DNA from: Trichinella spiralis
Lineage: Eukaryota
Reading direction: 5' to 3'
Assembly (NCBI RefSeq): GCF_000181795.1
Contig: NW_003526944.1
Span: 1,993,797 to 2,057,796 of the forward strand
Length of the DNA stretch: 64,000 bases
Part shown: positions 1-11,300 of the stretch, in pieces
How the letters are laid out: every line of letters starts with the position of its first letter
Numbering within the stretch: position 1 is the stretch's first letter
The notes under the pieces: generated by a model
The model's input: the letters and a program-made list of their open reading frames with translations, nothing else
What the model was told of the DNA's origin: nothing
Databases searched by the model: none
Translations under genes and position numbers: made by a program

Positions 1-64
1 CCACCAACCCCTCCATTGCTTATTCAGAGTGGTATACCCGCCCGCCACCCCTCCACTGCCCATT
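1..64 (-). repeat. Degenerate, inverted copy of the 41-bp G-rich satellite (window edge)
   Basis: Reverse complement reads AATGGGCAGTGGAGGGGTGGCGGGCGGGTATACCACTCTGAAT..., matching the unit at 5278-5958 in the opposite orientation. Confidence 0.75.
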
Positions 65-1338
65 TAATGTCTTTGAAGCTCAAGTATTTTTGAAGAATTT
101 TTTTTGCATGTTTTTGTTTGTTAGAGAGTTGTTTTGTCTATTACATATTATAATTTAGGATCATTTTATTAAAAGTGCCAACTGTAAATGCATTTTATCA
201 CAATTGGATGGTTATTCAATTCTGTGCACTCAACTGTGAAAAGCATTCTGAAAAATTATACTGAGGACATTAAGGCAAGCTTGGAATCAAGGTAAAATTT
301 TGTTTCCGTTAAACAATTTAAACGGTAACGGTGAGTATGATTTAAACGATACTTGGTTTAAAATTTCATTTTTAAATGTTTACATTATAGTTATACAGAA
401 ATGGTATTGACAAGCAATTTATCATAGAGCAAAATTACATTTTCACGCAGTTTATAGCAGAATAGGGAAACAGATTATGGTGAGTTAATGGAGTTTACGG
501 TGCATTTCATATTTCAGTAGCAAACAGGTTACTTCAGCACAAAGGATTATGAATTCGCTACAGATTTCGTTTGGTAAAGCGTTCATGCGGTGTACAAAGT
601 AGGAATCTAATGCGTAAATGATAAGATGTGGAAAAGAATGGTTTTTTTGAGAAACGCGTCTGGAAATGGAAATGAAAACCATGAAATGTCGTTTGCTAAG
701 AAGCTATTCAGTTTTTCTGCAAATTTGTATACTAAGTAAACATGAAACATTCGTATTTACTTTTTATAATATTCCTGTTTCATCAGTTGCAAGATGCTTT
801 AACCCTCTAGTGTTTGTTTAGAAAGATCAGTTTTCTCGTACTCAGCATTACTCAGCTTTGTCAGTTTGCTTACGTCCTATTATTGGAATAAGGTATGTAC
901 TTTTTTTATTATGTGCTTATGTGGGACTTTCGTTGTGCACTCCACTCGCAGAGTGCTTATACTAGTGTTATTTCTCAGGTAAGTATTCAAATTTCAGATC
1001 TGGATGGAATCACATGCACTCTGGTAAGAAGAGAACTCCGTGTAAATAGAAATGGTAACCTGGTACTGGTGGTAAATTGCAAAGTACAGGTAAGTGTGAA
1101 GTAAATGGTAAGTAGAGTACAGGTAAGTGGGATTTTTTTGTTGGGAAGTAAAAGATACAAGGAAAATGGGGGAGTAAATTGGGAAGTAAAAGACACGGGG
1201 AAAAAGGGAAACCAACACGGGGAAGCCCCAGTACGGGAATTGTGAAAAAAAGGAGGGGGGGGGGCCGTTTATTTTTATTTTAAAAGAAGGAAAGGGGAAA
1301 CGGGTTTAGGGGGAAAAAAGATAAAATAGGGGCCCCTC

Positions 1339-2239
1339 NNNNNNNNNNNNNNNNNNNNNNNNNNNNNNNNNNNNNNNNNNNNNNNNNNNNNNNNNNNNNN
1401 NNNNNNNNNNNNNNNNNNNNNNNNNNNNNNNNNNNNNNNNNNNNNNNNNNNNNNNNNNNNNNNNNNNNNNNNNNNNNNNNNNNNNNNNNNNNNNNNNNNN
1501 NNNNNNNNNNNNNNNNNNNNNNNNNNNNNNNNNNNNNNNNNNNNNNNNNNNNNNNNNNNNNNNNNNNNNNNNNNNNNNNNNNNNNNNNNNNNNNNNNNNN
1601 NNNNNNNNNNNNNNNNNNNNNNNNNNNNNNNNNNNNNNNNNNNNNNNNNNNNNNNNNNNNNNNNNNNNNNNNNNNNNNNNNNNNNNNNNNNNNNNNNNNN
1701 NNNNNNNNNNNNNNNNNNNNNNNNNNNNNNNNNNNNNNNNNNNNNNNNNNNNNNNNNNNNNNNNNNNNNNNNNNNNNNNNNNNNNNNNNNNNNNNNNNNN
1801 NNNNNNNNNNNNNNNNNNNNNNNNNNNNNNNNNNNNNNNNNNNNNNNNNNNNNNNNNNNNNNNNNNNNNNNNNNNNNNNNNNNNNNNNNNNNNNNNNNNN
1901 NNNNNNNNNNNNNNNNNNNNNNNNNNNNNNNNNNNNNNNNNNNNNNNNNNNNNNNNNNNNNNNNNNNNNNNNNNNNNNNNNNNNNNNNNNNNNNNNNNNN
2001 NNNNNNNNNNNNNNNNNNNNNNNNNNNNNNNNNNNNNNNNNNNNNNNNNNNNNNNNNNNNNNNNNNNNNNNNNNNNNNNNNNNNNNNNNNNNNNNNNNNN
2101 NNNNNNNNNNNNNNNNNNNNNNNNNNNNNNNNNNNNNNNNNNNNNNNNNNNNNNNNNNNNNNNNNNNNNNNNNNNNNNNNNNNNNNNNNNNNNNNNNNNN
2201 NNNNNNNNNNNNNNNNNNNNNNNNNNNNNNNNNNNNNNN
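1339..2239. other. Assembly gap (N run)
   Basis: Continuous Ns; the flank at 1130-1338 is homopolymer-rich like a low-quality read end. Confidence 1.
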
Positions 2240-2349
2240 ATTTTTTTATGCCCTTAGGCTATGCCTCAGGCATTTTCCAGAAATCTATTTGCAAAGTTTG
2301 CAGATCCTCTCACTGTACGCTGTAGTCTCGCTGTCTTACCGACTGCTTC

Positions 2350-2710
2350 TATACTTGCCCGTATTACGTGTATACTCCTACTTACCTGTTCTCACTCACC
2401 TCTCATATTCTGTACTTATCTGACTTACCTGTATACTTGTAATCTTTAATACTTACCTGTTTTACTGACTTACCTGTATACTTGTAATCTTTAATACTTA
2501 CCTGTTTTATAGACTTACCTGTATACTCATGTTTCATACTTGCCAGACTTACCTCATACTTACCCTTTCTTTGTAATCTTCAATACTTACCTGTATACTC
2601 ATCTTCTGTACTTTCCAGACTTACCTGTATACTAATATCTTCTATACTTACCAGTCTTACCTGTATACTCATACATACTCTGTACATGCAGGACTTACCT
2701 GTGTACTCCA
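2350..2710 (-). repeat. Degenerate tandem array built on ACTTACCTG (= CAGGTAAGT on the minus strand)
   Basis: 9 perfect ACTTACCTG copies (2380, 2423, 2451, 2468, 2496, 2513, 2585, 2619, 2693) plus near-matches; includes a ~45-bp direct duplication 2421-2465/2466-2510. Confidence 0.9.
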
Positions 2711-5214
2711 CATTCGAGATGTTGCGTATCACATATTGACCGATCAGTGATTAGCTGCATAGCAGCTCCAGTTCTCGCAGCGACAACTATAAACCATCCA
2801 AAAGTGAAAATATGGACTTACCGCGTTTTGAGTTGGATGCAGCACTAAGCAATGTTATGACATTCTGATGGCATGTCTATCCTTCAAATTCGATGTTAAT
2901 GAATCTTACCAATAATCTCTTTTCCTAATCTGAAATAAAAGCAATTGAAGAGAACAAATAGCGTTTCGTATTACTGACTTTTGATATTTGCGCTTTTTGT
3001 TGCGTTTTTGATATGTATTCTTAATTGTCGTTTCAATTTCCTGAAAACAGTTTGATCATCATAACTGTTACTGTTATAACAATTGTTGAATGCGTTGAAT
3101 AATAATACAGATATTTAAAAAATTATGCTATCAGTAATACTAAAGTTGTTGCATATAATACAACAATAGGAACTTACTTTTTCAGTTTTCATAAAAATGA
3201 GGATTTACATTTTTGAAAATGGGGCTGACATTCTTCAATAAACTAGTTGGTTACTAAAATTGCTAACATAATTCCTTTTGGTAATTTACCTTTTGGTTTC
3301 TTGCAACATTATTATACACAAACGTTGTTAAGACAGCTTCACGAAGCTAATAATCGAAATAATGCCTATTGAAATCACAATATTTTGAAAAACTTCAAAT
3401 TAATTAGCAGATAAAATTAGACATTGAAATATACTTACTTCTCAGTAGTTAGGTGACTTATAATATATGAAGTTTTGGGTGAAAATGTGTTATTTGATTG
3501 GAGTTAAAACTTCAGCGTACAAACAAAAATGCAGTACTACAATTTTCTTATGATCATGTAAATGAGGATTCATTCTTTCATCGAACTGTCGTTTTTCAAA
3601 CGTAAACTTTTCGTAAACATCAGTTGAAATGTCATTTACAATGAAGAAAGTACCTTCAAAAAAATAATAAAATCCATAAAACTTATAAAACATAATATTA
3701 AGCTGAAAAAATATTGAAACTTGAACATGAATAACAAAAACCTTTCGTTAATGTAATGGTTGGTTATAATGCTGTGTTTGTTAGTTGTATACGTAAATGT
3801 GACATGCATGGCAAAATAGAAGTGAAAATTTTTACTTACGTTTGCTGTCGCTGTTGTTGATACTACTTGAGACAATTTCACGCACATTATATTTTAAATT
3901 GAATCTGAATCTGAATTTCTCTGAACAATCTGACTCAGGCAGCCCGAACAAACATCTCTATTTGTCCAGACAACGAAGCGGAAGAAAGATGAAGGTACCG
4001 TAAGCGGATTTGGACTTGAAGATCGGAGGATTACGGTAGTGTTTGGATGGAAAGGAGCGTAGTTGTTGGTGGTTCAGAAAGCTTTCTGGGACGTATCGTC
4101 GACGGTCTTTGTTCGTAGTTGCTAATAAACACTATACTCTTTACCTGTCTTTTGACTGTTAGAATGTCATCGGGAAAGCGTGAAGTCGGAAGAAAGGGGA
4201 GCCGACCGGCGGAAGCCAAGCGGAGATGAAAAAGTTGGGGGAAATCCATCGGTCGACACCGGCTCGTCGTCGCTTATCGACGAATTCGCTAATAATTCGC
4301 TAGGTGAATGAGCCTGCCCGAGAAAGCGGCTCGTTAAAGCATTATAGCAAAAGTAATTTGCATGAACATACTTTGACCTATTTTAATTATACAATTTTAT
4401 ACCATAATTATTTCAATATAATTTTTCAATAAAAAATTGCTTTTAAGAAACAGACAGTCATTGCAAAGTATTGGTTTCCTGTAGAGGGACGACAAGTGAA
4501 GCAAGAAATGTGTGATTTTGCGGAGAGTTATCGCGTTAATTTTGAGTTAAAAACAGCTTTTTTGAATTTTTGTAAAAAGTTTTATTAGTTTTATTGCTAT
4601 TTTTAGCATTTATTATATTCATATATATACATATTTATTTATTTATTTATTTATATACCGCAGCAACTTCTAGCGCGCAAATCAGTACAACTACCAGCGA
4701 CAAGAAAGTCAAAACTTCCCTTGACTATTGAAAAACGAATAAGGATGGGGATAGTAACTGGGAATTATTTCTGCAAATGACAAATCAGTCAGCTTGTCAA
4801 CAAGATGGATTTGCTTAAAAATTAAAACCGGCACCAGTGGAACAAAAGTCTGTACATAAATAAATTCAATCTAACCTGGTCAGCAGTGAGAAATAGCAAA
4901 ACAAAAAAGCTGCGGCGGTGTGATGGGGCAAGTACGGAAAAACTGAACTTACAGTGGAACTCCAAATATCTGAACACTGATTATCTGAAAACATTTTCAC
5001 CGGCTGGTTGTAAAATATTATCGTGACAATTTATCAGAACATAAATTTAAAAACATTGCTGATATGTGATGGACGCTATCGCGGGACAAAGACAAAGTGA
5101 TTTTGAGGAAAGAATAAGCTTCTGAATGGCTGGGCCTCTCATTTGATTAATCAGATATAAAGACAATCAGATGTCGCTGCACAGAATCTTTCTTCGTTCA
5201 CAAATAAACTACTC

Positions 5215-6600
5215 TGAATGGGTGGTGGAAAGGGGTTTGGGTTAGTGGAGAGGGGGGGTGGCGGGCGGGTAAACCAATTTGAATGGGTGGTGGAGGGGAT
5301 GGCGGGCGAGTATACCAATTTGAATGGGTGGTGGAGGGGATGGCGGGCGAGTATACCAATTTGAATGGGTGGTGGAGGGGATGGCGGGCGAGTATATCAA
5401 TTTGAATGGGTGGTGGAGGGGATGGCGGGCGAGTATATCAATTTGAATGGGTGGTGGAGGGGATGGCGGGCGAGTATACCAATTTGAATGGGTGGTGGAG
5501 GGGATGGCGGGCGAGTATACCAATTTGAATGGGTGGTGGAGGGGATGGCGGGCGAGTATACCAATCTGAATGGGTGGTGGAGGGGATGGCGGGCGAGTAT
5601 ACCAATTTGAATGGGTGGTGGAGGGGATGGCGGGCGAGTATACCAATTTGAATGGGTGGTGGAGGGGATGGCGGGCGAGTATACCAATTTGAATGGGTGG
5701 TGGAGGGGATGGCGGGCGAGTATACCAATTTGAATGGGTGGTGGAGGGGATGGCGGGCGAGTATACCAATTTGAATGGGTGGTGGAGGGGATGGCGGGCG
5801 AGTATACCAATTTGAATGGGTGGGAGGGGATGGCGGGCGAGTATACCAATTTGATGGTGTGTGGGATGCGGCGAGTATACCAATTTGAATGGTGTGAAGG
5901 GATGCCGGCGAGATACGATTTGATGGTGTGTAGGGATGCGGCGAGTTACGATTTGATGNNNNNNNNNNNNNNNNNNNNNNNNNNNNNNNNNNNNNNNNNN
6001 NNNNNNNNNNNNNNNNNNNNNNNNNNNNNNNNNNNNNNNNNNNNNNNNNNNNNNNNNNNNNNNNNNNNNNNNNNNNNNNNNNNNNNNNNNNNNNNNNNNN
6101 NNNNNNNNNNNNNNNNNNNNNNNNNNNNNNNNNNNNNNNNNNNNNNNNNNNNNNNNNNNNNNNNNNNNNNNNNNNNNNNNNNNNNNNNNNNNNNNNNNNN
6201 NNNNNNNNNNNNNNNNNNNNNNNNNNNNNNNNNNNNNNNNNNNNNNNNNNNNNNNNNNNNNNNNNNNNNNNNNNNNNNNNNNNNNNNNNNNNNNNNNNNN
6301 NNNNNNNNNNNNNNNNNNNNNNNNNNNNNNNNNNNNNNNNNNNNNNNNNNNNNNNNNNNNNNNNNNNNNNNNNNNNNNNNNNNNNNNNNNNNNNNNNNNN
6401 NNNNNNNNNNNNNNNNNNNNNNNNNNNNNNNNNNNNNNNNNNNNNNNNNNNNNNNNNNNNNNNNNNNNNNNNNNNNNNNNNNNNNNNNNNNNNNNNNNNN
6501 NNNNNNNNNNNNNNNNNNNNNNNNNNNNNNNNNNNNNNNNNNNNNNNNNNNNNNNNNNGTGGTGGATTCGGGTGGTGGAGGGGATGGCGGGCAGGTATAC
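5215..6600 (+). repeat. 41-bp tandem satellite TTTGAATGGGTGGTGGAGGGGATGGCGGGCGAGTATACCAA
   Basis: About 13 near-identical units from 5278, degrading toward the gap at 5959-6558; a partial unit resumes at 6559-6600. Confidence 0.97.
5959..6558. other. Assembly gap (N run) inside the satellite
   Basis: Continuous Ns flanked by satellite units. Confidence 1.
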
Positions 6601-8316
6601 GGACGGAGCTGAATGGAGCTGGAATTTGGAAACCGATTACTGATTACATATAGAATATGACACAAACCACAAACCTTGTGCTTTGTGAATAAACACGAAA
6701 CATAACGTCGCAAGATAAACGGAATTTCTACTATTAGGGCGTCTGATTGAGTACAAGTTGATAGACTTCAGTAATGTAAACATTTTAAAAAATTAAAAAT
6801 GTTTGATTATTCGAAAAATCGGTTATCATAAGCGACTTCCAAAAAAAATGTTCGGATAATCAGAGTTCTAATGGATTTGAACATTCAACTTTTTTCCTGA
6901 CTATTGAGAAACGAAGCAACAAGGAAAGATTTTTCTACATGAATCAATCAATTAACTTGCCAAGATGATGATGGGTGGTCGCTCAAACAAAAAAAAAGAG
7001 ACTTTTCAGTAGTAGTAAATAGTCAGGGCAGAGTAATACTTGATTGCAGTGTGAAAAAGTCGTAACGTAGCAGAACCCATTAACTTTAACTGAAAACCCT
7101 CGAATCTTGGATGACTGTTGACACCACCAGCTCAATACAGATTTGTATTATAATATTTTAAAAGCTATTTTTGTAATGAATGAATAAATAAATAAATCAT
7201 AATCAGCAATCAGCATAAGACAGATCATGTATCTGTTTTATGATCAAGTAATATGAACAAAGTAAAATAATAAAAGTAAAAAACAGTCACTTACTTTATA
7301 TTTCTGGTTAGAAACGGTTTGAAATTGATGGAAACAAAAAATCAAATGATATTACAGAACAACAAACAGCAAGCAGCAGACGTCGACAACTGAACTCTGT
7401 CAGACTAAAATTCATCATCACTGCTGCATTCACACCGAGAGAATGAATGGAAACAATCAAAATACATACCTCGAATATAAAGAGAGAAAGAGCTGTTCCA
7501 CTTCCTAAGGCAATAAATATGTAAACGCGAGTGCATATAATAAATATAATAAATGTAAATTATGGTGCTGTTTACATTATGCAAAACAGCAAAATGTATG
7601 ACATTAACGCTTGAAAGCAAACAAAAATGTTCAGCAGTATTGAACAAAATGACTTTTAGATGAAACAATAATAATAATACACTAGAAGCAATTAAATAAA
7701 ACAGATAAAAAAGAGAATAATTTCTTCTCTTTTTCAACAATACTTTTTTTACATACATACCTGCTGCTGTGTTTCAATCGATTTCTATTTTAACACAAAT
7801 TAGCTATAAATAACAATGAATACTACATAATATGTCAACAAATATTAAAATTTGCATAAAGTATATAGTTGATTGCAAAATGTTCCGCGAGCTATTTCAT
7901 TAATGTGAGAACAAATTTCTCTTTTGTCGAAATATGAAATTACCTGATCAAATAAATAGTCAGTCACATGTGATGGATGTAATGTAATGCAATGGATATT
8001 TAGTTCTAATGCTTTATTAGCAGTTTTCCATTTATCCTTTCCATTCGTATTAATTGTTCACAATTATAATAAATCATGGCAACTAAACATAACGATAATA
8101 GATAAAATACAAACAACATGTTTAAACAAAAACTTTTGATATGAGACAACATAATAGAATATAATATAATATAAATATAGCAAAACAAAAAATATTATTC
8201 ATTTAATGAGTCTGGCTTAGCATATGAATAATTACATACAGACCCCACCGATTGATCAGTCGACATGGGCAAAGAAGCAAAAACAAGCCAAACAATAACA
8301 AACACACAGTAAAGTT

Positions 8317-11300
8317 TCAATCAACAGGACAACCTTCTTTAGAAACGTCCCCGAATACGGTAATTTGCCTGAGATCGACGCGTTTGTGACGATGACGACG
8401 ATGCGTTCGATCCAACGATAACGATCGCATGCAACCAACAAAATGATCTTAAAGAGAAACAACAAAATAAAAAACAGAAAAAAATACAAATATCCCCCAT
8501 CAAAGTAGATTATAAAGCATGCATGCATGCGTGTCCGTGAGTATTTTTCTTTTCTCTCTTACAAATATATACACGTGCTTACCTCGCATAAGAAGACCAA
8601 TGCTGGAAAAGTTTTCTGGAAGCCCGCCAACGTAGAGTGTGTGCTTTTTCTCTTCCATGAAATAATCACCTTTCTGTTTTTTCAGTTGCATGTGCGCATT
8701 AATCCCATCGACTCCGATCGTTACAAAGTTTTTCACTTTCAGCACCTGTTCAAACAATCCATACATATATACATATATATATACTAAAAAGTCTAATGTG
8801 AAAAAGATTGTTTACTCGAATCGAATGCCAATGACCATCACAAAGAGCACTGTTCGATTTCATCGGCAATTTCAATCGTTGACCAGCCTGTTGTTCGTGT
8901 TCAACAGAAAGCATCACTACTCCGTCGACCATTTGCAAAGTGATAAATTCAGAACCGTCTCCGGAAGCAATGACAAATAGTACAGCATTTTTTGTTCGAG
9001 GCTTAATTTCAAAACTGAAACTTAGCTTCGATTCGATCTACAAAATAGCAAATCATATAAACTTCAATTAATAATAACAGTATATATATATATATACCAT
9101 GAAATCGTTGTCCAAGACAAAATAACCGTGCTGCTCGCCGAAAAAGATTCCCCGTTCAAATTCATTGTCGCAAGGGTAAACGCCAACTGAATTCGACGCA
9201 TCGCCCATTGGAACGTTGTTCAACAATATGTTGCGCATGCAACCAGAAAATACAGCAGCAACATCTGATAATAATGTGGGATGCTGCTTTTTCGCTGAAC
9301 GAAATTCCTCATTTGGCAAGCCTCCGATGTAGAACGGACGTTGCAAATCTATACGAGTGGTCAAACCAGGCGACTTGCCTTCCGCTTGCAGGATGTCATC
9401 TATCCACAGTTGACCATCGCGACCATCTCTGTACAATTTCACCTGAAAACAAATTTGAAAAAAAAAATCATCACCACTTTATCACTTTACAAATATCACT
9501 CGCACAAAACTTACATAATGCCACTGGTAATCCAGGATGCTCTGTTTCGATTGCAACGAAACTGAACCAGAACCGCTGTCATATTCGTAGACAAGCTTTC
9601 CATCTTTCAAATACAAAGCTATATAATCTTTCTTTTTGTCACTAGCGTACAGAACAAGTCCATTGAATGTGTTGGCTCTCAATTCGAGTGAAAATTCAGC
9701 TCTAACAACAAAAAAAATTGTCAATTTTATTTTAAATTCATTAAATAATTCTCTTCTATACACACACACAAATTATTCATCACAACGTCAATCAACAACT
9801 CACCTGGCATCAATTGGAGAAACCAGAGATTGAAATTCGAGTCGAGAATTGCTTTCAGTACCGAAACGAAAGCAATTGCCACCACAAGGAGCGTGCTTGA
9901 TTGGCTTCAACGGCAGAGCACAAGTGTCGACGGCTGGTACAGCTAAGAAGAAAAAGTACAAATTGGATAGATACAACGTGGACGAAATTTGTCCTTTCAC
10001 TGTCATCATACCAATGGTTGTAAATGTCATGCTAACGTCCTGATCAGAATCTGGAAGAAGAGCTGCAATTTGTTCGGCTGATGGAAACAAATCTTCCGGA
10101 CAAATGTTGAATGATATATACTCGCCGTAGCGTTCACTGTCGGCAAAATTTAACATCCTGAAAAAGAAACACTGTTTAAGGTTGGTTGTCCAATTAACAC
10201 ACAAACCCAACCGTACCTTCCGTTATAAGTGACATCACCTATACAGCCGACAAAAGTTGACATATTTTGAAATTGTGCATCTGAAATTGGAATCGCTCCC
10301 AAATGCAGTGTACTGTCCGACTGGGCATATACACCAAGCGGTTCCATGTACACGGAATTGGTGAACAAATCATCCATATCCAATTTGATTCTGCACGACA
10401 GAAATAAAAAATGATGACGGATGAGAAGATCCAACGTCAAAACTTACTCAGATCCAATTTTGCTAATCGACACGTAATGCCAAATACCATCCGCAAAATT
10501 CTGAGCGTCAATTTTGACAACATGTTCGCTGCTACCCAATGATTTACTCTTCAACACAACAAAACCATTCTGGACAGCAACGGACAAAGTGTTTGCCTGT
10601 AAAATAAATTCAATTTTTTTTCTTCATCTGCAATCATCAATTAATTATTATCATCATCATATCACAGTATTTACTGCAATGTCGTCGCTGATCAACAACA
10701 ACCACGTATTTGCAAGCATAGTTCGAAATTTGAACGACAGTTCGACGTTAGCATTCCAAGTAAGACTGTTAAATTTGACCGAACTTCCAGGTCTGTCGAA
10801 AGCGACAGAACGAATCGGACGGTTCGGACAACCAGGTTCGGCAAAATAGGCTTGCAAATGACGATTCAAATTTACATGATATCCGTTGATTTGCATTCGC
10901 TCAATGCAACCGTGGAAACTTTGACGGATGACGGGAGAATTGGCCGGAAGTACTGAACTGAACACTCCACCGACGTAATATTCATCGGTCACGTCAAGGT
11001 GACTCATTTTTCCAGGCGAACTACCTTTGACAGTGTCCGTCATGCCGACAGACAGTACAGCTTGCTGACCGTCGCGTTTCACGTGCACACGATGATACTG
11101 ACCGTCGTTGTATTTGCGTGGAGTGACCAACGTCGCGGCACCAGAACCCAAATTGTAGTGCAATCGAACTTGGCCACGTTTCATTTCAATTGCAAAAAAA
11201 TCTCTCTATTATTAATGAATTTATTTATTCGTCATTTATTATCTTCATGATGCCAATGTAGAACAACTATGACTTACCTCTTTGCCCATGTAGAACAGCA

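Larger units (their letters stand above)
4952..6873. mobile_element. Possible degenerate pogo/Tigger-like (Tc1/mariner superfamily) non-autonomous element enclosing the satellite
   Basis: Left end TA|CAGTGGAACTC...CTGATTATCTGAAAACATTTT; right end reverse-complements to CATTAGAACTCTGATTATCCGAACATTTT. These are imperfect TIRs with a left TA target site, but the right TA is absent, no transposase ORF is visible and the element spans a gap. Confidence 0.4.

Noticed and set aside
485..682. NALPNEICS resembling the C-terminus of CR1/L2 LINE ORF2
   Set aside because: Match too short and no reverse transcriptase motifs nearby; cannot be supported without a search
1130..1338. Purine/homopolymer-rich stretch before the gap
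   Set aside because: Looks like low-quality read end rather than a biological feature
2449..2600. U1 snRNA gene (ATACTTACCTG start)
   Set aside because: Only the first 11 nt match; no U1 stem-loops or Sm site follow
5278..5958. CRISPR-like regular repeat
   Set aside because: Head-to-tail units with no unique spacers; eukaryotic context with no cas genes
5242..6713. Long ORFs over the satellite and gap (HPFKLVYSPAIPSTTHSNWYTRPPSPPPP repeats; poly-X)
   Set aside because: Artefacts of a 41-bp repeat that is stop-free on one strand, and of N runs; no evidence of a gene
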